The notes: generated by a model from the sequence alone, not told the origin. Counted from the first letter of the stretch, positions 54,362 to 64,000 are shown. The stretch is DNA of 64,000 nt from an uncultured Gemmatimonadales bacterium (GCA_963816355.1 CAWFKH010000004.1:160001-224000); one strand, 5' to 3'. Translations and numbers: made by a program.

Positions 54362-55591
54362 TCAGTTCCGCTCCGTTCGGCCGGTCAGGCCCGGCGGCAG
54401 CACGTCGCCGCGCGGCGGCGCGGGCGAGCGCAGCAGCGCGAGCGCGCCATCGACGAGCGCGATCGCACGGCCCACGCCGTCGCCGCGCAGGTGATCGAGG
54501 TCGTCGCTCGGCAGGTGGACGCGGCGCAGTGAGCGCGACGTGCCCCGCATCAGCGTGATCGCCGGCGTGCCCGCGTCCGCGAAGGCGACGTGCTCCACCC
54601 TGAGCCCGAAAGGAAGGCTCCGCCGCACGACCGACTCGCCCAGCGCGTTCGCGGCGGCGAGCAGGGTCGCCGCGAGGTTCGGCGCGAAGCCGCGGCGTCG
54701 CGGCCAGCCGTAGCGCTCGACGAGGTGGAAGTCGCCCTCGTCGTCGAAGCCATCGAGGTTGATCAGCCCCATCACTTTCGGCAGGCGCCGCGCGGCGGCG
54801 CGCGCCCCGGCGAGGCCGAACTCCTCCGCGTCGGTGAGCAGCAGCCCGACCTCGGGAACGCCCGCGACCCTGCGCGCGACGCCGAGCGTGGCCGCGAGGC
54901 CGGTCGCGTTGTCCAGCGCGCCGGGCGAGTCGTTGCCGACGCCGCAGAAGGCAAGGAACCAGCCGCAGCCGAGCGCGGTGAGGCCGGCGATGCCGACGAA
55001 GGCGGAGTCGAGCACGTCGGGCACGCCCAGGCCGAGTGCCCCCGCGAGCACGAGGCCGGCCAGACCCAGGCCGGCGCCGACGAACAGGGCGGTGCGCGCC
55101 GCCGTCGGCACGGGCTGGGACTTGCTGTCCCGATGCGCGGCGATCAGGTAGCGGGGGCGGCGGCCGTCGGCCGTCGCGAGCCAGTTCACGCCGTCCCGGC
55201 GGCCCCACGGCAGGCGCCCCGCCGTGACGTCGCCGAAGGCGCCGATCCCCGCGCCGCACGCGAGCGCGACCGCTGAGGCGAGCAACGCCGCGAGCGCCAT
55301 CCCGTTCAGCGCCAGGATCATCGCCGCGCCCGCGCCCAGGAAGATCGCCGCGCCCGCGATCGGGATGCCGTACAGCCCCGGCCAGGCGGAGAACGAGAAC
55401 GGAATCGGCTCGATCCCGTAGCCCGCCTCCTCGATCCGCTCGCGCAGGCGCGCATCGACTTCACGCGCTCCCTCGGAGCCCGCCAGTCGGGGCAGCGCGA
55501 GAGCCTCCAGGTCCGCGCGCGCGGCGGCGTTCTCTTCCGCCGTCGCCGCTCGGACGAGGTCCTTCGCATCCTCCGTGCGGATCCTCAGCAT
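54362..55591 (-). CDS. M28-family metallopeptidase with inserted TM helices
   Basis: AAHRDS, GALDNATG, AEEFGL.G, NLDG, H...DD motifs. Confidence 0.8.
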   Translation of the reverse strand: MLRIRTEDAKDLVRAATAEENAAARADLEALALPRLAGSEGAREVDARLRERIEEAGYGIEPIPFSFSAWPGLYGIPIAGAAIFLGAGAAMILALNGMALAALLASAVALACGAGIGAFGDVTAGRLPWGRRDGVNWLATADGRRPRYLIAAHRDSKSQPVPTAARTALFVGAGLGLAGLVLAGALGLGVPDVLDSAFVGIAGLTALGCGWFLAFCGVGNDSPGALDNATGLAATLGVARRVAGVPEVGLLLTDAEEFGLAGARAAARRLPKVMGLINLDGFDDEGDFHLVERYGWPRRRGFAPNLAATLLAAANALGESVVRRSLPFGLRVEHVAFADAGTPAITLMRGTSRSLRRVHLPSDDLDHLRGDGVGRAIALVDGALALLRSPAPPRGDVLPPGLTGRTERN

Positions 55592-55619
55592 CGTCTGCCT
55601 TCCAGGAGCGTGAACGAGG

Positions 55620-56522
55620 TCAGACGAGACCCGCCTGCTGCATCACGCGCGCCACCTCCGCGCGCTGCTTCTCGCTCACCGCCTGCAGCGGCGGTCGCGG
55701 CGGCCCGCCCGCGTAACCGATCATCTCGAGCGCCGCCTTGAGCGCGCCGATGCCCATGCGCGCGACGATCTCGCGGTGCACCGGCGCGATCCGCTCCTGC
55801 ACCTCGCCCGCCTCCCGCGATCGCCCCTCGCCGTGGAGCCGCACGATCGCGGCACATTCGCGCGGCGCCAGCAGGCCCAGCGCGCAGACGCCGCCGGCCC
55901 CGCCCAGCTCCAGCGCCGTATAGAGCAGCGCACCGTTGCCGATCATGAGCCGGCACTCGTCCGCGCACACCTCGCTGAACGCGGCGAAGCGCTTCACGTC
56001 CCCGCTCGAGTCCTTGAGACCGATGATGTTGTCGTGCCGCACAAGCTCCGCGACGAGGCCCGCTTCGATCGCGACGTGCGTGTACTTCGGGATGTTGTAG
56101 AGCACGACCGGCACCGGCGACGCGTCCGCGACGGCGAGGTAGTGATCCCGCAACGCCGCGGGACCGACGTGCTCGCCGAAGTACCAGGGCGGATGCACGA
56201 TGACGCCGTCGGCGCCCGCCGCGGCGAGGTGCTGCGCCTGTCGCACCGTGGCGCGCGTCGACTCGGCGGCGGCGCCGGCGATCAGCGGCAGCGTCGGCGG
56301 CACGACGTCGCGGGCGTAGCCGGTCAGACGCTCCTTCTCTTCCTCGTCGAGCAGCGGCCCCTCGCCGTTCGAACCGAAGAGGACGATGCCATCGAGCGGC
56401 TCGGCCGCCCACCTCCGCAGATTGTCGCGGAAGTGGATCACCTCGACGTCGCCGCTCACGGCGTCGAAGTTCGTGGTTACGGGAACGAAGATGCCGCGCA
56501 GGTCCGGAAGCGGCCTAGGCAA
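55620..56522 (-). CDS. DapA-family class I aldolase, HOGA-like
   Basis: GSNGE, EST.AT, VLYNIP, GLKDSSG, GGVCAL. Confidence 0.85.
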   Translation of the reverse strand: MPRPLPDLRGIFVPVTTNFDAVSGDVEVIHFRDNLRRWAAEPLDGIVLFGSNGEGPLLDEEEKERLTGYARDVVPPTLPLIAGAAAESTRATVRQAQHLAAAGADGVIVHPPWYFGEHVGPAALRDHYLAVADASPVPVVLYNIPKYTHVAIEAGLVAELVRHDNIIGLKDSSGDVKRFAAFSEVCADECRLMIGNGALLYTALELGGAGGVCALGLLAPRECAAIVRLHGEGRSREAGEVQERIAPVHREIVARMGIGALKAALEMIGYAGGPPRPPLQAVSEKQRAEVARVMQQAGLV

Positions 56523-57591
56523 GGGTCCGCATCCGCAGATCGAAGTCGGTGGGATTGGTCGCTGCCGCGCGCGCCGCCTCGTACGTCACGGTGCCCGCGG
56601 CGACCAGCTGCATCAGGTGCTGATCGAACGTCTGGGAGCCGTACTGGTCGCGTCCCTCGGCGACGAAGTCCGGGATCTCGGCCGTGCGTTCGGGATCGAG
56701 GATCGCGTCGCGGATCGCGCCGGTCACCACCATCACCTCGCACGCCGCGACGCGCCGTGGCCCCGTCGTTCGCTTGACCAGTCGCTGACTCACGATCCCC
56801 ACCAGCGACTCCGCGAGGCGGACGCGCGCCATCTCCTGCTCGTGCGGCGGGAAGACGGCGACGGTGCGGCCCACCGTCTTCACGGCGTTCTCGGTGTGCA
56901 GCGTCGAGAGGACGAGGTGCCCGGTCTCGGCCGCCTTCAGCGCGATGTCGATCGTCTCGACGTCGCGCATCTCTCCCACCAGCACCACGTCCGGATCCTC
57001 GCGCAGCGCCGCCCGCAACCCCACGGCGAAGCTCGCGGTGTCCGTCCCGATCTCGCGCTGCGTGATCGAGCTCGTGACGTCGCGGTGGAGAAATTCGATC
57101 GGGTCCTCGAGCGTCACGATGTGCTTCCGCCGCACGCGGTTGATCTCCGCGACCATGGCGGCGAGCGTCGTGCTCTTGCCGGCGCCCGTCGCCCCCGTCA
57201 CCAGCACGAGGCCGCGCTCCGCGAGCGCCAGTTGCGCCAGGGCCGGCGGCAGCTCGAGCTCCCCCAGCGTCGGTACCTCGAACGGGATCGTGCGCAGGAC
57301 CGCCGAGAAGGAGCCGCGCTGGCGCAGCAGGTTCACGCGAAAGCGCCCCACGCCCGGCGCCCCGAACGAACAGTCGTAGTCGAGCAGCTCGTCGATGCGG
57401 TCCCGGTCCGACGGGAGCGGGATGAGCTGCACCGCCATTTCCCGCGTCTGCTCCGGCGTCAGCCGCTGCTTCGTCAGCGGCAGCAGCTCGCCCTGTACGC
57501 GGATGCGCACGACGTCGCCCGCCTTGAGGTGGATGTCGGACGCGCCCCGTTGCACGGCCGCTTTCAGGATGTCGATCATCGATGCGTCCAC
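56515..57591 (-). CDS. pilT: Type IV pilus retraction ATPase PilT/PilU family
   Basis: ASDIHL, GRFRVN, GATGAGKST, EDPIEF, LREDPDV.LVGEMRD, AETGHLV.STLHT. Confidence 0.9.
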   Translation of the reverse strand: MDASMIDILKAAVQRGASDIHLKAGDVVRIRVQGELLPLTKQRLTPEQTREMAVQLIPLPSDRDRIDELLDYDCSFGAPGVGRFRVNLLRQRGSFSAVLRTIPFEVPTLGELELPPALAQLALAERGLVLVTGATGAGKSTTLAAMVAEINRVRRKHIVTLEDPIEFLHRDVTSSITQREIGTDTASFAVGLRAALREDPDVVLVGEMRDVETIDIALKAAETGHLVLSTLHTENAVKTVGRTVAVFPPHEQEMARVRLAESLVGIVSQRLVKRTTGPRRVAACEVMVVTGAIRDAILDPERTAEIPDFVAEGRDQYGSQTFDQHLMQLVAAGTVTYEAARAAATNPTDFDLRMRTLA

Positions 57592-57621
57592 CCCGGGGAA
57601 GCAGGAGGAGAGGGAGTCAAG

Positions 57622-58734
57622 TTAATAGCCCGCGTCGCTGTCGACCACGTTGCGCAGCGGCAGCCCGCCGAGGTAACGTCCGACGTTGTCGCGGATCAGC
57701 GCCGTCTCCCGCTCCCAGTAGCGCCGCGAGTACGCGGACGTGTGCGGCGTGAGCAGCACGTTCGGCAGCTTCCACAGCGGACTTTCCGGCGCCAGCGGCT
57801 CCCGCTCGAAGACGTCCAGTGCCGCGCCGCGCAGCCGCTCCTCGCGCAGCGCGGCGACGAGTGCAGCCTCGTCCACGATGGCGCCGCGCGCGACGTTCAC
57901 CAGCACCGCCGACCGCTTCATGCGCGCCAGCGCCGCCGCGTCGATCATGCCGACCGTCGCCGGCGTCTCCGGCACCGCCACCACCACGTAGTCCGACTCC
58001 GCGAGCAGCCGCTCCAGCCCGGGCGCGCCGTAGACGACGTCGTCCGCCGCTTCCGCGACGCCCGCTGCGCCACCCGCGCCGCCCGCAGCACCGACCGGCT
58101 CGCCGGCCCCCTCCACGGCCGCCGCCTCGCTCGCGCGCCGCCGCTTCAGGGCGACGACGCGCGCGCCCAGCGCCCGCGCCCGCCGGGCCACCTCGCGCCC
58201 GACGCCGCCGTAGCCGACGACGCCGACCGTCGAGCCGGCCACCTCGCGAATCGGCGAGTCGTCGGCGTCGAACGGCGCCTTGCCCCACTCGCCGCGCGCC
58301 TGCGAGCGCACCGCCCAGTCGAGACCGCGCGCGAAGTGCAGCAGCGCCGCGAGCACGCTCTCCGCCATCGGCGCCGCCTGCACCCCCGCGGAGTTGGTGA
58401 AGACGACGTCGGCCGCGCGCATCTCCGGCGTCAGCGAGCCGCGCACGCCGGCCGCGCCCGTGTGTACCCACCGCAGGCGGCGCCCCACACGGAGGATCTC
58501 GGCCGGAATGCCGAAGCCGAAGTAGACCTCGGCGCTACGCACGGCCTCGAGCGCTTCCCGCGAGGCGCCGTGGCCGCCGTCGCCGCGCCCATCGACCGGT
58601 GTCTCGAGAACGACCACGTCCCACTCCGCCGGGAACGCGGCGCGGATCCGCGCGCTCGCCTCCGGCGGCACCCGCCAGATGGGGCGCGCATCGCTCAGAT
58701 CGATGACGGCACGGCGCGGGTCTCCCTTCGTCAT
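57622..58734 (-). CDS. D-2-hydroxyacid dehydrogenase
   Basis: VGYGGVG, VNVARG..VDE, ALDVFE.EPL, LTPH. Confidence 0.92.
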   Translation of the reverse strand: MTKGDPRRAVIDLSDARPIWRVPPEASARIRAAFPAEWDVVVLETPVDGRGDGGHGASREALEAVRSAEVYFGFGIPAEILRVGRRLRWVHTGAAGVRGSLTPEMRAADVVFTNSAGVQAAPMAESVLAALLHFARGLDWAVRSQARGEWGKAPFDADDSPIREVAGSTVGVVGYGGVGREVARRARALGARVVALKRRRASEAAAVEGAGEPVGAAGGAGGAAGVAEAADDVVYGAPGLERLLAESDYVVVAVPETPATVGMIDAAALARMKRSAVLVNVARGAIVDEAALVAALREERLRGAALDVFEREPLAPESPLWKLPNVLLTPHTSAYSRRYWERETALIRDNVGRYLGGLPLRNVVDSDAGY

Positions 58735-59415
58735 CTAGACGACGCGCACGCCGCGCACGCCGGGCGAGCGCAGCAACGCGGTGACCGTGGCGTCGAAAGG
58801 TCCGCGCGCGCCGGCGACCTCGACCGTGGCCTGCAGGCTCACCTCGTCCTGCACGACGTCCTCGGTGCGCACGCGGTAGCCGCGCTCGGTGAGGAGGTCG
58901 CGGGCACCCTCGAGCGCGTCGAGATCCGGCGCGAGGGTCAGGCGCAGGGTGTGGATGCGGCGGCGAACCAGGCGATGCTCGACCTTGCCCAGAATGAGAA
59001 GCGTCACCAGGACGAGCGAGGTCGTGCCCACGGCGGCGACGTACTCCCGCGCGCCGACGGCGATGCCGATCGCTGCGACCACCCACAGCGTCGCGGCGGT
59101 GGTCAGCCCGATGATCGAGCCGCGCGACTGCAGGATCGTGCCCGCGCCCAGGAACCCGATGCCGCTCACGACCTGCGCCGCGATGCGCGCCGGGTCGCCG
59201 CGCACCGCCGCGACCGGTCCGCCGGCCCTCGCCACCTCGACGGAGAGGTGCGTCAGCAGCGCCGCCCCCAGGCAGATGAGGAGGTTGGTGCGGAAGCCGG
59301 CGGGCTTGCCGTTCACCTCGCGCTCGAGCCCGATGGCGCCGCCCAGCAGCGCCGCCAGCAGCAGCTCGCCGAGGAGGCCCAGGCGCAACTCTTCCACCAG
59401 CGGCAGGCTCGTCAT
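58735..59415 (-). CDS. MgtC/SapB-family protein
   Basis: IGLERE, AG.RT, RIAAQVVSGIGFLGAG, GLTTAATLW. Confidence 0.93.
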   Translation of the reverse strand: MTSLPLVEELRLGLLGELLLAALLGGAIGLEREVNGKPAGFRTNLLICLGAALLTHLSVEVARAGGPVAAVRGDPARIAAQVVSGIGFLGAGTILQSRGSIIGLTTAATLWVVAAIGIAVGAREYVAAVGTTSLVLVTLLILGKVEHRLVRRRIHTLRLTLAPDLDALEGARDLLTERGYRVRTEDVVQDEVSLQATVEVAGARGPFDATVTALLRSPGVRGVRVV

Positions 59416-59477
59416 CTCCCTCGCTCGGTTCGAACCGCTTCGTCCACCCGGCGCTCCGGCAGGACGCTGAACGACTG

Positions 59478-60194
59478 CTAGTCGTTGAGCCGCCGCAGCT
59501 CCTTCAGGAGCGCCGTCTTGTCGCGCGTTTGCGCGTCGATCTCCTTGATCACCCGCGCCGGCTGCCCCGCGGCCACCACGTTCTCCGGCACGTCCCGCGT
59601 CACCACCGCGCCCGCCGCGACCACGCTGCCCCGCCCCACCCGGCAGCCCTCGAGCACGACCGCGTTGGCGCCCACCAGCACGCCGTCCTCGATCACCACC
59701 GGCTGCGCGCTCGGCGGCTCGAGCACGCCCGCCAGCACCGCCCCCGCGCCAATGTGGCAGTCGCAGCCCACCTCCGCCCGGGCGCCGACCACCGCGTTCA
59801 TGTCGATCATCGTACCCGCCCCCACCACCGCCCCGACGTTGATCACCGCCCCCATCATCACGATCACGTTGTCGCCGATGCCGGCTCCCGCGCGGATCAC
59901 CGAGCCCGGCTCAATGCGGGCGTTCACGCCCTTCAAGTCGAGCAGCGGCAGCGCCGAGTTGCGCCGGTCGTTCTGCACGTCGAAGTAGCGGATCTTCGCC
60001 TTCTCCCTCTCGAGCACCGCGCGCACCGCGCTCCACTCCCCCACCAGGATCGTGGTGCCGCCGCCGGTCGGGAAGAAGAGCGGCGCCGGCGTGGTCTGCG
60101 CCTCGGCCAGCACGCCGTCGTGGCGCACGAGCACGCGCACCGGCGTGGTTTTGACAGCGTTCGCGATGAGGTCCCGGATCGTCTCGTAGTCCAT
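59478..60194 (-). CDS. dapH: Tetrahydrodipicolinate N-acetyltransferase (DapH type)
   Basis: K.TPV.V, DRRNSA.PLLD, ARIEPG..IR, hexapeptide repeats, AGVLEPPSA.PV. Confidence 0.92.
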   Translation of the reverse strand: MDYETIRDLIANAVKTTPVRVLVRHDGVLAEAQTTPAPLFFPTGGGTTILVGEWSAVRAVLEREKAKIRYFDVQNDRRNSALPLLDLKGVNARIEPGSVIRAGAGIGDNVIVMMGAVINVGAVVGAGTMIDMNAVVGARAEVGCDCHIGAGAVLAGVLEPPSAQPVVIEDGVLVGANAVVLEGCRVGRGSVVAAGAVVTRDVPENVVAAGQPARVIKEIDAQTRDKTALLKELRRLND

Positions 60195-60197
60195 CGC

Positions 60198-61004
60198 TCA
60201 GCTCAGGCCCAGGACGTCGCGCATGCGGTAGCGGCCGGGGTCCCGGCCGGCGAGCCAGCGGGCGGCGAGCAGCGCCCCCTCCGCGAAGAGCGCCCGGTCG
60301 AGCGCCCGGTGGCCGAGCTCCACGACCTCGCGGCCGCCCAGGAAGAACACGCGGTGGTCGCCGGGCACCTCGCCCCCACGCAGCGCGTGGAACGCGATCT
60401 CGCCCCGCGGCCGCTCGCCGCCGCGGCCCGCGCGTCCATCGCGGCGCACCTCGGCGAGCACGTCGCCGCGGCCCCGGGCCACGGCGTCCCCGAGAGCGAT
60501 CGCCGTGCCGCTCGGCGCGTCCGCCTTGTGACGGTGGTGGACCTCCGCGATCTCGACGTCGTAGCGCTCGGCGGGCAGCGCCGCCGCCGCCGACTCGAGC
60601 AGCGCCAGCAGCACGTTGACGCCCACGCTGCAGTTCGCGGCGACGAGAACCGGGGCGCGCTCGGCGAGATCGTCGAGGCGATCCTCGATCCACGGCTCGA
60701 GCCCGGTCGTGCCCACGAGCAGTCCGCGCCCCGCGAGGGCCGCGCCGTGCTCGTCCAGGACGCGGGCGAGCTGGTCCAGCGCGGAGAAGTCGATCAGCAC
60801 GTCCGCCCCCTCGACGATCGGGCGCGCGGCGTCGACGCCGACGATGCGCGGATACCCGATCGCCCGCGCGTCCGCCTCCGGCCGCCCGCGGCGGGCGATG
60901 CCGCCCACCAGCTCGACCCCGCGCTGCTCCGCCGCAAGCGCCGCGAGCGCCGCGCCCATGCGGCCGGTGGCGCCCGAGACGCCGACGCGGAGCGGACCGC
61001 TCAA
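60198..61004 (-). CDS. dapB: 4-hydroxy-tetrahydrodipicolinate reductase
   Basis: TTG at 61004 overlaps the dapA stop; GATGRMG, IDFS, GTTG, E.HHRHKADAPSGTA. Confidence 0.95.
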   Translation of the reverse strand: MSGPLRVGVSGATGRMGAALAALAAEQRGVELVGGIARRGRPEADARAIGYPRIVGVDAARPIVEGADVLIDFSALDQLARVLDEHGAALAGRGLLVGTTGLEPWIEDRLDDLAERAPVLVAANCSVGVNVLLALLESAAAALPAERYDVEIAEVHHRHKADAPSGTAIALGDAVARGRGDVLAEVRRDGRAGRGGERPRGEIAFHALRGGEVPGDHRVFFLGGREVVELGHRALDRALFAEGALLAARWLAGRDPGRYRMRDVLGLS

Positions 61005-61897
61005 GATTCCCGCCGCACGCCGGCCCCCTCCAGCGCCCGCTCGAGGCGCCGCAGCGGCTCCGCTCCGATCTCCACCAGCGGCGCCCGGAGCGCCCCCACG
61101 TCGAAGCCGAGCCAGCCGACCGCGGCCTTCACCGGGATCGGGTTGGACTCGGCGAAGAGCGCGCCGATCAGCGGCAGGTAGCGCAGTTGCAGCGCGCGCG
61201 CGCCCGCGACGTCGCCGTCCAGGAACCGCGCCGTGAGGTCGTGCACCGCCGCGGGCACGACGTTGGCCAGGACGCTGATTACACCCCGGCCGCCGAGCGC
61301 CATGAGCGGCACGATCTGGTCGTCGTTGCCGCTCCAGATCGCGAGACGATCCCCGACGCGGCGCGCCAGCTCGGCGACCTGCGAGATGTCGCCCGACGCC
61401 TCCTTGACCCCGATCACCCGGTCGTCCGCCTCGGCCAGCGCCTCGATCGTCTCGGGCAGGATGTTGACCGCGGTACGGCCCGGCACGTTGTAGACGATCG
61501 CCGGCAGGTCCGAGCGGTCGAGCACGGTGCGGTAGTGCGCGAGCAGGCCCCGCTGCGGCGGCTTGTTGTACGGCGGCGCGCTCACCAGCAGCCCGTCCGC
61601 CCCCGCCGCAGCCGCCGCTTCGCCGAGCGCGGCAACCGCCACCGTGTCGCTGCCGCCGCACCCCACGATGACGGGCAGGCGGTGGTCGTTCTCGTCGACG
61701 ACGATCTCCACCGCACGTCGCTGCTCCGCCGGCGTCATCGTCGCCGCCTCGCCCGTCGAGCCGCACACGACGAGCGCGTCCGTGCCCTCGCGGTGGTGGA
61801 AGCGGACGAGCGCCCGTAGCGGCGCCTCGGCGACGCCGCCGGAATCGAACGGCGTCACCAGCGCGACGCCCGAACCGTCGAAACGTGGATCCGTCAT
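61001..61897 (-). CDS. dapA: 4-hydroxy-tetrahydrodipicolinate synthase
   Basis: ALVTPF, GSTGE, PYNKP.QRG, YNVPGRT, KEASG, SNPIPVK. Confidence 0.95.
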   Translation of the reverse strand: MTDPRFDGSGVALVTPFDSGGVAEAPLRALVRFHHREGTDALVVCGSTGEAATMTPAEQRRAVEIVVDENDHRLPVIVGCGGSDTVAVAALGEAAAAAGADGLLVSAPPYNKPPQRGLLAHYRTVLDRSDLPAIVYNVPGRTAVNILPETIEALAEADDRVIGVKEASGDISQVAELARRVGDRLAIWSGNDDQIVPLMALGGRGVISVLANVVPAAVHDLTARFLDGDVAGARALQLRYLPLIGALFAESNPIPVKAAVGWLGFDVGALRAPLVEIGAEPLRRLERALEGAGVRRES

Positions 61898-62268
61898 CAC
61901 GGGTTGTTCAAATCCTGGAGGTCGCCCGGCTCCACGTCCGAGCCGCTGGAGTCCGCCGCCAGGTCGCGCTCGGTCGTCTCCTGGAAATCGTCCTCCGCCT
62001 CGTCGCCGCGTCCCGGAGCGCCCGCGCTGAAGCTGCGGAAAACGCCGTTCCCGCAGCGGTCACACACCAGCTCGTCCGGCGGCTCGCCCTCGAACGGATA
62101 CTCCCGGCCGCACTCGACGCAGACGAGCACCGTCACTTCCGCGACCGGCTCGCCCTGGTCCGCCAGGGCGCGGTCGCGGTCGTCGTCGCCGGTCGTCGGG
62201 CGGATCATGCGCTCGCGCGGGGCGCGCGCATCCTCCGACCGCGCGTCCCGCCGCTCCGTGTCTGCCAT
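61897..62268 (-). CDS. Small acidic zinc-ribbon protein
   Basis: GAGGAGG RBS; CVECG...CDRCG; acidic tail. Confidence 0.7.
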   Translation of the reverse strand: MADTERRDARSEDARAPRERMIRPTTGDDDRDRALADQGEPVAEVTVLVCVECGREYPFEGEPPDELVCDRCGNGVFRSFSAGAPGRGDEAEDDFQETTERDLAADSSGSDVEPGDLQDLNNP

Positions 62269-62335
62269 TGCTGCCTCCTCGTGCCGGTCGATGTTGCCGC
62301 GTTCCGTCCGCCGTGGGACCCCTGCGCCGCCGTCC

Positions 62336-63343
62336 TCAGCCGGCCGTGTCCGCGCTGAACGTCGTCGCGCTGAGGCCCATGCGCGCCCGCACCTCGCGCA
62401 TCGTCTCCTCCGCCAGGCGGCGCGCCCGCGCGGCGCCGTCGCCCAGCACGTCGCGCACGGTCGCCGGCCGCGCGCGCAGCTCGGCGGCGCGCTCGCGTAC
62501 CGCCGCGAACGTGGTGGCGATGCCCTCCGCCAGGAGGTGCTTGCAGTCGACGCAGCCGATCTGCGCCGTGCGGCACTCGACGCCGATCTCCGCCACGCGC
62601 GCCTCGGGCGTGAAGTAGCGGTGCAGGGAGAAGACGTTGCAGACTTCGGGCCGCCCCGGGTCGGAACGCCGCACCCGCTGCGGGTCGGTCACCGCGGTCC
62701 GTACCTTCGCCCGGATCTCCTCCGGCGCGTCGAGGATGCCGACCGCGTTGCCTCGCGACTTGCTCATCTTCGCGTCGCCATCGAGGCCGAGCACGCGGCC
62801 CACGTCGCTGACGATCGGCTCCGGCTCGGGGAAGTAGTCGCCGAACTTGTTGTTCCAGCGGCGCGCGATGTCGCGCGTCAGCTCGAGGTGCTGCAACTGA
62901 TCCTCCCCCACCGGCACGGCCTCGGCGCGGTACATCAGGATGTCGGCGGCCTGCAGGATCGGGTAGTTGAGGAGGCCGGCGGGGACCGACTCCATGCCGG
63001 CGGTCTTGTCCTTGAACTGGGTCATGCGCTCCAGCTCGCCGACCGGCGTGACGGTGTTCAGCAGCCACATCAGCTCGGCGTGCTGCGGCACGTCCGACTG
63101 CACGAAGAGCGTGCAGCGATCCGGGTCGAGCCCCACCGCGAGCAGGATGGTCCCCATCTCGGCCGTCCGCTCCCGCAGCGACGCGGCGTCGTAGCCGCCG
63201 GTGAGCGCGTGGTAGTCCACGACCGCGTAGGTGCACTCCGCCTCCTCCTGCAGACGCACCCACTGGCGCAGCGCGCCGAGGTAGTTGCCGAGGTGCGCTT
63301 CGCCCGTCGGCTGAATGCCGCTGAACACCCGTCGTTTCTTCAT
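62336..63343 (-). CDS. trpS: Tryptophanyl-tRNA synthetase
   Basis: FSGIQPTG..HLGNYLGA, YPILQAADIL, VPVGEDQ, KMSKS. Confidence 0.97.
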   Translation of the reverse strand: MKKRRVFSGIQPTGEAHLGNYLGALRQWVRLQEEAECTYAVVDYHALTGGYDAASLRERTAEMGTILLAVGLDPDRCTLFVQSDVPQHAELMWLLNTVTPVGELERMTQFKDKTAGMESVPAGLLNYPILQAADILMYRAEAVPVGEDQLQHLELTRDIARRWNNKFGDYFPEPEPIVSDVGRVLGLDGDAKMSKSRGNAVGILDAPEEIRAKVRTAVTDPQRVRRSDPGRPEVCNVFSLHRYFTPEARVAEIGVECRTAQIGCVDCKHLLAEGIATTFAAVRERAAELRARPATVRDVLGDGAARARRLAEETMREVRARMGLSATTFSADTAG

Positions 63344-63444
63344 CCATCTCCGTTCGCACGCAGGTCGCCGGCCCGCCCCTCGCTGGCCGGATGCCGGCCG
63401 GCGCGTAAATTACCACGACCTCACAGACGATCCAAGGAGACGCA

Positions 63445-64000
63445 GTGCAGCCGGATACGCTCCTCGACACCGCGCTCGCCGCCGCCCGCGCCGCCGCCCG
63501 CATCCAGTCGCTTCACCGCGGCCGGATCGGCGTCGAGGAGTGGGGCGAGAAGGGCCACTTCGATTTCGTCTCGCGCGTCGACCGGGAGGCGGAGCGCCGC
63601 GTCGTCGAGGTGGTCCGCGAGCGCTTCCCCCGCCACGAGTTCCTCGCCGAGGAGGCGACCGTCGCCCACGCCGCGATCCCCGCGCCGGGCGACGAGAGCG
63701 GCCCCGAATGGCTGTGGGTGGTCGATCCGCTCGATGGAACGACCAACTACCTGCATCGGTACCCCATGCACGCCGCTTCCGTCGCGGTGCTGCACCGCGG
63801 CGAAGCCGTCGCGGGCGCCGTCGTCGCCCCGGCCACCGGCGAGGAGTGGACCGCCCTGCGCGGGCAGGGCGCATTCCGCAACGGCGAGCCGATCGCCGTC
63901 TCCGGGATCGGACAGCTGCGGCACGCGCTCGTCGGCACCGGCTTCCCTTTCCGCGTGCCGCGCCTGATCGACGGCTACCTGCGGCAGCTCGATGCGGCGC
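63445..64000 (+). CDS. suhB: Inositol monophosphatase (truncated by window edge)
   Basis: Not in the ORF track in this frame; GTG after AAGGAG; DFVSRVDREAE, LAEE, WVVDPLDGTTNY, GTGFPF. Confidence 0.9.
   Translation, partial: MQPDTLLDTALAAARAAARIQSLHRGRIGVEEWGEKGHFDFVSRVDREAERRVVEVVRERFPRHEFLAEEATVAHAAIPAPGDESGPEWLWVVDPLDGTTNYLHRYPMHAASVAVLHRGEAVAGAVVAPATGEEWTALRGQGAFRNGEPIAVSGIGQLRHALVGTGFPFRVPRLIDGYLRQLDAA

Noticed and set aside
54362..55591. M28 peptidase as the missing N-acetyl-DAP deacetylase
   Set aside because: Known DapL enzymes are soluble M20-family proteins; this one is M28-like with TM insertions

Overview
Very GC-rich bacterial chromosomal segment, probably Gemmatimonadota or a related lineage (inferred from the duplicated orphan MacB/FtsX permease, VPS10/BNR proteins, TPR Ser/Thr kinases and outer-membrane barrels; not proven). 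The left two-thirds is accessory. It holds a complete form I aerobic CO dehydrogenase cluster (xdhC-mocA-xdhC/YHS-coxDEG-coxMSL, with the AYRCSFR motif in CoxL) divergent from a PAS hybrid kinase, two Ser/Thr kinases, and a mycobacterial Sdh1-like (type F) succinate dehydrogenase operon with an extra uncharacterised fourth gene. It also holds a YceI plus outer-membrane barrel pair, tRNA-Lys(UUU) with two different tandem-repeat arrays nearby, and an amidohydrolase-SSS symporter-two micro membrane protein operon divergent from a GH38 alpha-mannosidase. The right third is housekeeping: rnhB, rplS, trmD, rimM, rpsP, ffh, purA, pilT-like, a HOGA-like aldolase, dapH/dapB/dapA, trpS and a partial suhB. 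Two genes (one kinase and the mannosidase) carry apparent single-base frameshifts, possibly assembly errors. No CRISPR array, transposase or integrase was seen. All family assignments come from motif recognition by eye, not from database searches.
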